This document shows positions 17,703 to 25,441 of a DNA stretch of 36,495 bases, piece by piece. Positions within the stretch are counted from its first letter, which is position 1. Every line of letters begins with the position of its first letter. Origin of the DNA: a virus; UHGV virus genome UHGV-0114752, one strand, 5' to 3'. The notes beneath the pieces were generated by a model. The model worked only from the letters and a program-made list of their open reading frames with translations, had not been told where the DNA came from and did no database searches. Made by a program: the position numbers and the translations under genes.

Positions 17703-18662
17703 ATGAAAGAAAAAAACGATACGCCCGCACAGCTCGCGTCTGTGGTCACTCCCGGGTCTGCCTTGGCAATCGCCATGTCCGACAAGAATGCGATGCAAAC
17801 CTTAGGTTCCATCTTCGTTGCTAAGCAAATGCCGAGGAACCTAGCCGATGTTGAAGCCAAGATAAAGACCCTATGTGCCCATGAAAAGCTAGCGGAGAAG
17901 GCTTTCTTCTCCTACGATAGGGGGAATTCTAAAATCACTGGTGAGACGATCCATCTTGCCAACGCATGCATGACTGCCTACGGGAATGTAGAGGCTGGCT
18001 GGGCAAAGACTGGCGAGACCGTAAACGAAAAAGGAATCACTTGCTCTACATGTGAGGCTTATTGCTTTGACAAAGAAAACAATATCATCAGGAAGGCCTC
18101 TTTCATGGTGCCTCATTACCGGGAAATAAAAGGCGGGAAAGGATATGTGTTGACGTCAGACCGAGACATATATGAGTTGTGCGCGAATATGGCCGCACGA
18201 AGGATGAGAGCTTGCATCTTTGGGATCATCCCTGAATTCCTGAAAGACCTTGCGGCCGAACAATGCAAGAAAACACTGGAGAGGGATAACATGTCGATAG
18301 AGGAAAGGATCAAAATGATGGTTGAAAAGTTCTCTCTTCTTGGTGTGACAGAAGAAATGCTTGAGAAGAAGCTGGGGAACAAATTGTCGGAATGTACCAA
18401 AAACCAGATCATCTATCTCCGTAATCTTTACAACGCCCTATCTACCAAGATTGTTTCTGTCGAGGAACAATTCAAAGATAAAGAAGACGCCGTTGAAGAG
18501 GACAAAGAGAAGAAGAAGAACGTCCCTCCCGTCTTTAAGAAGAAGGGACAAGAAGATAAACCAGTTGAAGGCGTTATTGATCCAGAAGTGGTGACGGGCG
18601 AGAGTGATCTAAATTTAGGTCTCGATGACATGGGTTCCATGAGAACGCCATTTGACGACTAA
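17703..18662 (+). CDS. RecT-family single-strand annealing protein (about 319 aa from ATG 17703; track start TTG 17679)
   Basis: Segment ELCANMAARRMRACIFGIIP parallels the conserved RecT region EEMAKKTAIRRLFKYLP. Acidic C-terminal tail. Immediately upstream of an exonuclease gene. Confidence 0.55.
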   Translation: MKEKNDTPAQLASVVTPGSALAIAMSDKNAMQTLGSIFVAKQMPRNLADVEAKIKTLCAHEKLAEKAFFSYDRGNSKITGETIHLANACMTAYGNVEAGWAKTGETVNEKGITCSTCEAYCFDKENNIIRKASFMVPHYREIKGGKGYVLTSDRDIYELCANMAARRMRACIFGIIPEFLKDLAAEQCKKTLERDNMSIEERIKMMVEKFSLLGVTEEMLEKKLGNKLSECTKNQIIYLRNLYNALSTKIVSVEEQFKDKEDAVEEDKEKKKNVPPVFKKKGQEDKPVEGVIDPEVVTGESDLNLGLDDMGSMRTPFDD

Positions 18663-18709
18663 GAGAAGGTGAGATAAGACTACAACTTGAACACAACCAA
18701 AACAAAGAA

Positions 18710-19822
18710 ATGACTGATGATAGATTAGGTCTGCCGTCCTGTTCCTCGCTGGCTAGGCTGGAGAAGTGCCCTTATTCCTTGGTGTATGATAGGGAAAAGC
18801 AGGAGACGTATACTTCGGACTTAGCCCAGAAAGGAACTAGGATTCATGCTTACTTGGAAGGAGCGCCAATAGTTCTAAGCGAAGGAGAAAGAGAAATAGC
18901 CGAGTCATGCAAGATAGTTGCCAAGAACGTCATAGATGAATGGGCGCAAGGCGAAGGCACACAGGAACTTATAAAAGAAGAAAGAGTCTTTTATGAAAAG
19001 GACGGGAAGAAATTATTCTCCGGGAAACCTGATTTGGCGATTGCGAAACGTGACGAAAAGCTAAATGGACACGTCCTTATACTGGACTATAAGACTGGCC
19101 CAACGGAATACGAAGAAGCTTCGGTGAACTTGCAACTCCGTGGGCTGGCCGTCGCCATCCGTAACTATATCAAACGGGAGTTTGACGAGGACATAGAAAC
19201 CATTTCGTGCGCAATCATCCAGCCTCTAGTGACGTGGCGCCCGCAAGTGGTGACCTACTCTAAAGAGTATTTGGACATAGCCGAAGGAGAGATTGTAGGC
19301 ATCTGTACGGCCCCAAGAGAAGAACCTCGACCGAACAGGTATTGTCACTTCTGCAACGGGTTTGTCGTGTGCAAGGGATGCCAAGAAGCCACTCAACAGA
19401 TCGCGATCACACGGAAGAACGTCTTTGATCTAGTCGTGAATAAAACGCCCAAAGAACGCCGCGAGCTTTATAATACGGCGTGCCTAGCCATGAAGACGGC
19501 TGATGCCATTATCAGGGCATGCCGAGAAGCGATGGAGAATGGGGCGCATATACCGGGGCTTCAATTAAAGGAGGGGAAAAAGGTCAGGTCCATGTCTATT
19601 GACGGGGTGAATCTGATTGCGAGCAGAATCCTTCCTAAAAGCGCACTTGATAGGTGCATGAACGTCAAGGTAACTCAACTGTATAATGAGTTTTACAAGA
19701 TGAAAAACATGACTGGGCGTGTGAATCATAAAGAATGCAAAGAAATGTTTGAGAACTTGTTCGATGATTACATAACTGTGAAGCAGTGCGATAATACCAT
19801 TCAGGTGAAAAGCAATGAATAA
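18710..19822 (+). CDS. PD-(D/E)xK exonuclease of Cas4/RecB-like type with Cys4 Fe-S cluster (370 aa)
   Basis: N-terminal LARLEKCPYS Cys. Motifs GKPDLA and ILDYKTG (D...D-x-K core). C-terminal CHFCNGFVVCKGC three-Cys cluster. Leader ACACAACCAAAACAA upstream. Confidence 0.65.
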   Translation: MTDDRLGLPSCSSLARLEKCPYSLVYDREKQETYTSDLAQKGTRIHAYLEGAPIVLSEGEREIAESCKIVAKNVIDEWAQGEGTQELIKEERVFYEKDGKKLFSGKPDLAIAKRDEKLNGHVLILDYKTGPTEYEEASVNLQLRGLAVAIRNYIKREFDEDIETISCAIIQPLVTWRPQVVTYSKEYLDIAEGEIVGICTAPREEPRPNRYCHFCNGFVVCKGCQEATQQIAITRKNVFDLVVNKTPKERRELYNTACLAMKTADAIIRACREAMENGAHIPGLQLKEGKKVRSMSIDGVNLIASRILPKSALDRCMNVKVTQLYNEFYKMKNMTGRVNHKECKEMFENLFDDYITVKQCDNTIQVKSNE

Positions 19823-19985
19823 GGACTTTATCTTTTTAATTGTGAAGCTACTGGGGTATATGATGCTATTCGCATGCGTCTTCTTTTATGACCAGTTGAA
19901 GGTCGGGAGGCAGGCAAAATTAATCATGCTGGCCCTAGGAATGGGGTGCTTAGTACTTAGTGGATTAGTAATCGGAGAACATTAA
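19815..19985 (+). CDS. Small membrane protein (56 aa, 2 TM), overlaps exonuclease stop
   Basis: Hand-translated MNKDFIFLIVKLLGYMMLFACVFFYDQLKVGRQAKLIMLALGMGCLVLSGLVIGEH. Below the ORF-track size cutoff. Confidence 0.4.
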   Translation: MNKDFIFLIVKLLGYMMLFACVFFYDQLKVGRQAKLIMLALGMGCLVLSGLVIGEH

Positions 19986-20000
19986 AACAACTTACAGACA

Positions 20001-20258
20001 ATGATACAGAACAATCGACGCTGGATGATTTCACCTAAAACATATTATACCTCTTCAACGACAACCAAGTTGCACCATCTCTACAATAACAGGGGAGTAT
20101 ATTGGTTATCATTGACCTTGGTCTCAAATGATGGTCTAACCACTAGAGAAAGATTCAATTTGAGAACAAGAAGCATGGAGAAAGCTATTCGCGTGAGAGA
20201 TACTATCTTAGAGAAGGCGAAAAACAAATGGTTTAAAACAATCAAAATTGAGAAGTAA
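20001..20258 (+). CDS. Hypothetical protein (85 aa)
   Basis: ORF track. Confidence 0.4.
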   Translation: MIQNNRRWMISPKTYYTSSTTTKLHHLYNNRGVYWLSLTLVSNDGLTTRERFNLRTRSMEKAIRVRDTILEKAKNKWFKTIKIEK

Positions 20259-20545
20259 TGATTAACAGAACTAAACGTTCTCCGGGCCGTCCTAGGAGAC
20301 AAAATAAAACGGCCACACAATCCGTGCCGAACGAGGAAGAGAAGCTCTATACAACTGCCGAGGCAATCGCCATCATTCAATCAGGGGAGGCGAAAAGCTT
20401 TGTGTCTGATAAAGGGTTTGTGATGCGGCCATCCGGCCCTTTCGGCACATGCATCGGCATTTACGACAAGAGTAATTTATTTCATGGTTCAAAATTCATG
20501 TTCCCCATGACTCCAAAAAAGATGTGGAAGGTCTATGAAAAATAA
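20258..20545 (+). CDS. Hypothetical protein with AT-hook-like RSPGRPRR N-terminus (95 aa); possible DNA-binding protein
   Basis: ORF track; GRP core motif read directly. Confidence 0.4.
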   Translation: MINRTKRSPGRPRRQNKTATQSVPNEEEKLYTTAEAIAIIQSGEAKSFVSDKGFVMRPSGPFGTCIGIYDKSNLFHGSKFMFPMTPKKMWKVYEK

Positions 20546-20565
20546 ATCTCTACGCATTTCTAGCC

Positions 20566-21090
20566 ATGTTTGAAGACTATTACAAAGTCTCAATAGGTCT
20601 TGATCTGTCACTGTCCAGAACGGGGGTTTCCCTGTTCTGGACCGACAACGAGGAAGCAAAGACAATGTGCATCAAGTCCCCACAAAAAGGGATGAAGCGC
20701 CTTCTGGACCTAGAGCAAAAGCTGACTCAAATACTCTTGCCGTTCAAGGAAACGGCGCTGGTGGTCATAGAAGACTATGCCTTCGGGGGCAGGGGAAGCA
20801 ACCTGTTTGGGCTGATTGAATGGGGCGGAATAGCTAGAATGGCGACTTTCAAACTGGACATCAACGCGATTACCATCTCTCCTAAATCACTAAAGAAGTT
20901 CGCAACAGGGAATGGGAACGCTAAGAAGGAGGACGTGATGGCCGCAATAACTGAAAAATGGGGGTATGTAGCTTCTACCAATGATGAAGCTGATGCCTAT
21001 GCTCTATCCAGAATAGGCGATTCTATCATCCATCCTAGTAGATATACCCAAGAACAGTTAGCCGCTTCTCAAAAATTCAAGCCATTATGA
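20566..21090 (+). CDS. RuvC-like Holliday junction resolvase (174 aa)
   Basis: N-terminal SIGLDLSLSRTG, VVIEDYAF, and C-terminal DEADAYALS match the RNase-H-fold RuvC catalytic Asp/Glu pattern. Confidence 0.7.
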   Translation: MFEDYYKVSIGLDLSLSRTGVSLFWTDNEEAKTMCIKSPQKGMKRLLDLEQKLTQILLPFKETALVVIEDYAFGGRGSNLFGLIEWGGIARMATFKLDINAITISPKSLKKFATGNGNAKKEDVMAAITEKWGYVASTNDEADAYALSRIGDSIIHPSRYTQEQLAASQKFKPL

Positions 21091-21392
21091 TTGACGACAA
21101 GAAATTCATAATCATTTGCCGCATCATAGCTGACGGGAACTCCCCGAAGCTCTCCGCTCTAAGAGTGAAGTCTAATTTGAAAGAGTTCATGGACTTTGCC
21201 GAGAAGACGCCGGAAAACTATAACCTTTATTGCAAATCTTTTTTCAAGGCAAAGAAGATATTTGCACACGGGAAGGACCTGCCCCTATGCAAACTGAAAA
21301 ACAAAGGCTTTAATATTCGGGAGAGAATGGTTCTGGAAAAGTATCTGGAGAAACGAGTTTATTGTTCGAAAGATACTTCGCACTCACATTAA
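21087..21392 (+). CDS. Hypothetical protein (101 aa)
   Basis: ATGA start/stop overlap with RuvC gene indicates coupling. The 3' end overlaps the convergent minus-strand ORF by about 80 nt. Confidence 0.4.
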   Translation: MIDDKKFIIICRIIADGNSPKLSALRVKSNLKEFMDFAEKTPENYNLYCKSFFKAKKIFAHGKDLPLCKLKNKGFNIRERMVLEKYLEKRVYCSKDTSHSH

Positions 21393-21882
21393 ACAGGTTA
21401 GCGAGGATTCCAGCGAAGGCCTCCCCGTTGCCTATTTCGAGCATGTCTTCTTCCTTCTTAATATTCCCCAAATCCACATCAATGAAATTGATTGTTCCCG
21501 GCAGGCCCATGTTGGTATTGCAAAGCCTGCGGTAGTACCCATCAACTCCTTCTTCAAAAAAGTGATATTTGATCTGGTCCAAAACGCGCATAGCAAAAGG
21601 CTCATCGCCATTCGTAGCTATGACCTTCTTGTGTTCGGCAGGGTCGTCATCAGACAAGCGGAACCTAACTACTAGCTTAACATTCTGCTCTTTATATCTT
21701 GCGAACTTAAGCTTGTTTACCTCTATGTCGTACGGCAATAATGCATGCTTGATGCGGAAGTATCTTCTTTGCAACTTCTTTGCAAATGTCTTGCATACAT
21801 TATCCACGAGATAATGAGCGTGGACAAATGATGGGAGCCGCACATCTTCCTCAACGTGAACTCTACCGATGATTAGCCGCAT
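21310..21882 (-). CDS. Hypothetical protein (190 aa) downstream of endolysin
   Basis: ORF track; last gene of the minus-strand late block. Confidence 0.45.
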   Translation of the reverse strand: MRLIIGRVHVEEDVRLPSFVHAHYLVDNVCKTFAKKLQRRYFRIKHALLPYDIEVNKLKFARYKEQNVKLVVRFRLSDDDPAEHKKVIATNGDEPFAMRVLDQIKYHFFEEGVDGYYRRLCNTNMGLPGTINFIDVDLGNIKKEEDMLEIGNGEAFAGILANLFNVSAKYLSNNKLVSPDTFPEPFSPEY

Positions 21883-22426
21883 ACTTAAGAATGCCTTTTA
21901 GAATAGCTTTCGATATCTTGTCAGGGTTATCCTTTATTATGCCGATGTCATAAGGGCTGGTAATGAAACCACATTCGCATAAAACCCATACAGGCCTTGT
22001 CCTTTTCAGCACGGCGAGATTAGCTCTAGGCTGGATTATTTCAGACCTGCCCGGCAGTATGCCAACAAGATGCTCGGCAATGTTCAAGGCGAGTTCTTTC
22101 CCCTTAGTGCTGGACGGGAAGTAACACACATGGGCGCCATGAGGCTTAGGGTCTTCAACCGTTTTGGAACCAACCTGCTTGCTAGCACTGTCACAGTGTA
22201 GGGAAACACCGATATCAAAGGACCCTGAATTAGCGGCTTGAATCGTTCTGTTCAAGTCATCGCTGTTCGAGAGTTCCGGGAAGTCAATGATGGTGGGATT
22301 AAACCCTGATTCTTTTAAGGCGTCGTAAAGCTTGTGACCAATGACAGAAGCCAAAGCATGTTCTTCATACCCATTCCCTCGCGCTCCCGTATTGTTCGCG
22401 TGGCCTATGTCGATAGCAACGTTCAT
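21863..22426 (-). CDS. N-acetylmuramoyl-L-alanine amidase endolysin (Amidase_3 type), 187 aa
   Basis: VAIDIGHANN, SLHCDSA and VLCECGFITSP correspond to the Amidase_3 signatures (AIDAGHGG / SIHADA / VLVECGFISN). Confidence 0.8.
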   Translation of the reverse strand: MNVAIDIGHANNTGARGNGYEEHALASVIGHKLYDALKESGFNPTIIDFPELSNSDDLNRTIQAANSGSFDIGVSLHCDSASKQVGSKTVEDPKPHGAHVCYFPSSTKGKELALNIAEHLVGILPGRSEIIQPRANLAVLKRTRPVWVLCECGFITSPYDIGIIKDNPDKISKAILKGILKYAANHR

Positions 22427-22635
22427 TTCTTGTACTTAGCTAAAAGTTTTGCTACTTCCGCTCCGTGGATAGTATAGCATTTGACCTTTGATTTGACATG
22501 AAATTCATGATATTGCGCTAGGAAATTGCAAGCATCTTTCTCCGTGACGAACAGCTTTATATACTGGTCCTTCTTTGGCTCGTCAATTACGCACAAATAA
22601 AGTGTTACGCATCTCATGCCTTTGATTATCAACAA
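22423..22635 (-). CDS. Small soluble protein (70 aa) in lysis cassette
   Basis: 4-nt overlap with endolysin start. Confidence 0.4.
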   Translation of the reverse strand: MLIIKGMRCVTLYLCVIDEPKKDQYIKLFVTEKDACNFLAQYHEFHVKSKVKCYTIHGAEVAKLLAKYKK

Positions 22636-22683
22636 AGGGGAACTGGTAAGAAAAACTTTACAGTTGGTCAGGGAGAGCTTCCA

Positions 22684-22932
22684 TTATTCCATCTTCCTTT
22701 CAATGTTTTCAACCCTTATGGCTAGTAGCTGGATAGCTTTAGCCGTTTCTACTTGGGCGCGTGTCTGCATGGTCATCAGCTCGGCAAGGCGGTCATTATG
22801 GTGACTCATGATTTCCCCAATGTACCAGCATGACCCACCACAGATAAAAAGAGATAACAGGACGCAAGCAAACACGGGAGAACTCTTAGCCAATTCTAAG
22901 AACCTTGATGGAACTTCTGAAAGCTTACACAT
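22684..22932 (-). CDS. Lysis-cassette membrane protein (82 aa): one N-terminal TM then coiled-coil; holin/antiholin or i-spanin-like
   Basis: TM segment SPVFACVLLSLFICGGSCWYI followed by helical periplasmic region; position next to endolysin. Confidence 0.45.
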   Translation of the reverse strand: MCKLSEVPSRFLELAKSSPVFACVLLSLFICGGSCWYIGEIMSHHNDRLAELMTMQTRAQVETAKAIQLLAIRVENIERKME

Positions 22933-22938
22933 GGCCGC

Positions 22939-23325
22939 TTACTTTTTCATCGCTTGCACAACGGGAGGCTTGCCAGTGATGATGAGATTCCCGTTCTCAT
23001 CCACGCTGTAGCTTATCTGGCCGCCTTGGTCTCCAGTAAGCGTCATAGATGTGTTAGCGCACCCGGAACACATGAAGTAGCTAATGACCGCCACAACGAT
23101 CGCACCGATCAAAGCGATGAGCTTCTTGGGAACTCCGCTTTTAGAAGCATTGATAGCCGCATGCGTCAGGGTAATAGACATGAAGCCGTCGCCAATCATC
23201 CAGTTGGCAAGCTCTTCTGCCTTGGCTTTGTCAGCCTCGACAGACAAATCAAGACCAGTTTGTATAGCAACTTCCTCAACTAGATTCTCAAATTCGTATG
23301 TGAGACTTTCCATGCAATAGAACAT
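22939..23325 (-). CDS. Lysis-cassette membrane protein (about 128 aa from Met at 23325; track gives 153 aa from 23400). Soluble N-domain, one TM near C-terminus. Holin candidate
   Basis: TM LIALIGAIVVAVISYFM. The longer start would place a terminator-like hairpin inside the coding region. Confidence 0.4.
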   Translation of the reverse strand: MFYCMESLTYEFENLVEEVAIQTGLDLSVEADKAKAEELANWMIGDGFMSITLTHAAINASKSGVPKKLIALIGAIVVAVISYFMCSGCANTSMTLTGDQGGQISYSVDENGNLIITGKPPVVQAMKK

Positions 23326-23354
23326 ATCTTTTTTTAAGGATTTGTAAAGAGAAA

Positions 23355-23387
23355 GAGTCGCCGGGGTGCCTCTCTCCCCGACGACTC
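23355..23387 (-). terminator. Candidate intrinsic terminator (minus strand) separating tail genes from lysis cassette
   Basis: 12-bp stem GAGTCGCCGGGG / CCCCGACGACTC with one mismatch and a 9-nt loop. On the minus strand it is followed by TTTCTCTTTAC. Confidence 0.35.
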
Positions 23388-23465
23388 CTTCTTCAATCAA
23401 TCAATGATTCCCTTTACCTTGTTATGCTAGTAGCCTGTTAGACTCCGAAAGAGCTTTTATCATTT

Positions 23466-23831
23466 TTACTTCTTCAAAGCAACATAATACTGCTGGAGAA
23501 GCACAGTTTTTATCTCATCCACCTGTGAAATCAGAAAAGATTCTTCATCTGCAATATCGTAGAGGTAGTCACAAATCTCGTCAATCTTTTCCCGCAAGAC
23601 CTTTCTCACGACAGAATCAGCTACAGGGTCTGGCGTAGGAATGTCTGTCTTCACGACGTCTTCCATCTCCGTTAGCCCAGCAAATGATTCCCGGAAAGTA
23701 TCAAACAGCTTCGATACCTTTTTGTACATGACGTCTGTGGCCTCATGCACCCAGCCAAGTTCCGTATATTGGTGCGTGTTCTGGATGAAGTCCAAGAAGA
23801 CATTCAACCTCGAAAGGTCTAGCTTTTTCAT
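23466..23831 (-). CDS. Hypothetical protein (121 aa) downstream of fibre
   Basis: ORF track. Confidence 0.45.
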   Translation of the reverse strand: MKKLDLSRLNVFLDFIQNTHQYTELGWVHEATDVMYKKVSKLFDTFRESFAGLTEMEDVVKTDIPTPDPVADSVVRKVLREKIDEICDYLYDIADEESFLISQVDEIKTVLLQQYYVALKK

Positions 23832-23846
23832 AATAAATATTTTGAA

Positions 23847-24233
23847 TTAAACAATTGCGCTTAGGAAATAGGCATCGCCCATAACGTCATAGTCATTAAA
23901 TCCGACACAGGTACACACAGTAGCTGATGACGCACTGCATAAACAGGTCATCTCAATACTCATCCCTGCTTTAGGAGTTATCTCAAGATTAGTTCCAACC
24001 AAAGTAGGGTCTTCGTATTTGATAGTGCCGTCGCTTTGCGTAACTGCGATTTGCAATCTTTGTACAATCGCCTGTGGGATTTGTATCTTAGCCCCTTCAT
24101 TGAAAGTTTGCCTACGAGGAGTTAGCTTGATATTCATGTTGGAAGCTTTAGGAAGATCACTAATCACAAAGCTAGTGTTAGTGCTAGAGTTTGCGAATCC
24201 TCGCGCCTTTACATAATCTAAAAAAGTTGCCAT
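23847..24233 (-). CDS. Hypothetical protein (128 aa) immediately downstream of tail fibre; possible fibre assembly / accessory protein
   Basis: ORF track; position; preceded by the homopolymer tract. Confidence 0.45.
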   Translation of the reverse strand: MATFLDYVKARGFANSSTNTSFVISDLPKASNMNIKLTPRRQTFNEGAKIQIPQAIVQRLQIAVTQSDGTIKYEDPTLVGTNLEITPKAGMSIEMTCLCSASSATVCTCVGFNDYDVMGDAYFLSAIV

Positions 24234-24262
24234 TTCTTCATCTTCTGTTGGAAGTTCCGGGT

Positions 24263-24297
<35 letters not shown>

Positions 24298-24298
24298 A

Positions 24299-25423
24299 CT
24301 AAGGGTTTACGGCCACGCTTCCTATGAACACTTTGGACGTGTCCGTTGTAACGTACACAGTACGTGCATCTTTAGTAGCGAGTGCGGTGTATTCTGCCGA
24401 AGTAAGAAGAGAGAGTTTTGCATACATTGCATCACCCATCTCTTTATTCAGGAGATCAGTATTTACTGGATTCGCTTTGGTTGTTCTTGTCGCGCCAGCC
24501 GTGAATTCTGCGTTGCCTCGGAAGGTGACAGGGGCGCCAATTTTCATGTCAACGTTGATTTCCCAAACAGTACTAGGTCCTCCTCCTGCAATAGTACGCC
24601 CTGTAGTATCGGCCCGAAAAGCAAGTGCATTCTGGTCTGACCCTATCGCAAGCACCGCGCCGGATGTCACCGTCACGTTGTCGAAATAAGTCACAGGGGC
24701 TTGGAATGAGGTGCTAACAGAAAAATCTATATGAGTGGAGTTGCCTCCCTCAAAGACATAGGCCAACCTGGTCCCATCTTCATGAAGTTTTAATGCGTTA
24801 GCTCCCGTTCCAAGTACTAGCGGAGCTTCGTTGTTCATAACGATGCTCCCAGTAAAGCTCTTGGTGCCGGAAATAGTTTGCGCCGTCGTAAGCGTCACAA
24901 GATTAGAAGTCCCAGCGGCTATCTTGGAATCAACATAGCCTTTATTTGCCGCTCGATCTCCTCTATCTGGTGTGGGAACGACAATGTTGCTAAAACTCCA
25001 CATCCCAGTGATTGTCTGGTTGGAAGTAGGATCAAAGGAACCGCCTCCCCCGGACGACGCACCGAGGAAGGCCCCATTAAAACTCAATGGTGTTAATACA
25101 TACTGTGTGGATGAGTCCACGTTTACAGTTGTGTATGAAGAGATAGCAATGAAGATATATTGCCCGGCTGTTTTAGTGGTAAGCAATAAAACAGCCTCGG
25201 GGGTAAGTTCTGGATTATCACTCCCATAAACAGCTACTCCACCTGTCGTCAAGGTCAAACAGTAAGCTTTTCCAGCTATTGTCCTAAACGTCTTGCTAGT
25301 TTCATCTCCATCTCGCGGCGAGCCTTCTCCAGTCACAAGAATAGTTTCCTGCTTCCCGAAAACAGGTTCGCCCTTATCATCTCCTGCTGGAGGCGAGCTT
25401 GCGGTTTTTGTTTTTGTTGCCAT
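24299..25423 (-). CDS. Tail fibre protein (374 aa)
   Basis: Gly/Ser/Thr-rich beta-type composition, RAANKGYVDSKIA motif resembling the fibre A-x-K-x-YVD signature, location right after the giant virion protein as in T7 gp16-gp17. Confidence 0.6.
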   Translation of the reverse strand: MATKTKTASSPPAGDDKGEPVFGKQETILVTGEGSPRDGDETSKTFRTIAGKAYCLTLTTGGVAVYGSDNPELTPEAVLLLTTKTAGQYIFIAISSYTTVNVDSSTQYVLTPLSFNGAFLGASSGGGGSFDPTSNQTITGMWSFSNIVVPTPDRGDRAANKGYVDSKIAAGTSNLVTLTTAQTISGTKSFTGSIVMNNEAPLVLGTGANALKLHEDGTRLAYVFEGGNSTHIDFSVSTSFQAPVTYFDNVTVTSGAVLAIGSDQNALAFRADTTGRTIAGGGPSTVWEINVDMKIGAPVTFRGNAEFTAGATRTTKANPVNTDLLNKEMGDAMYAKLSLLTSAEYTALATKDARTVYVTTDTSKVFIGSVAVNP

Positions 25424-25441
25424 TTTTATTTATGTTGAATG

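Noticed and set aside
24299-25423. Diversity-generating retroelement or invertible segment acting on the tail-fibre C-terminus
   Set aside because: No reverse transcriptase ORF. No obvious template repeat or flanking inverted repeats detectable by eye. Cannot be excluded without computational repeat search.
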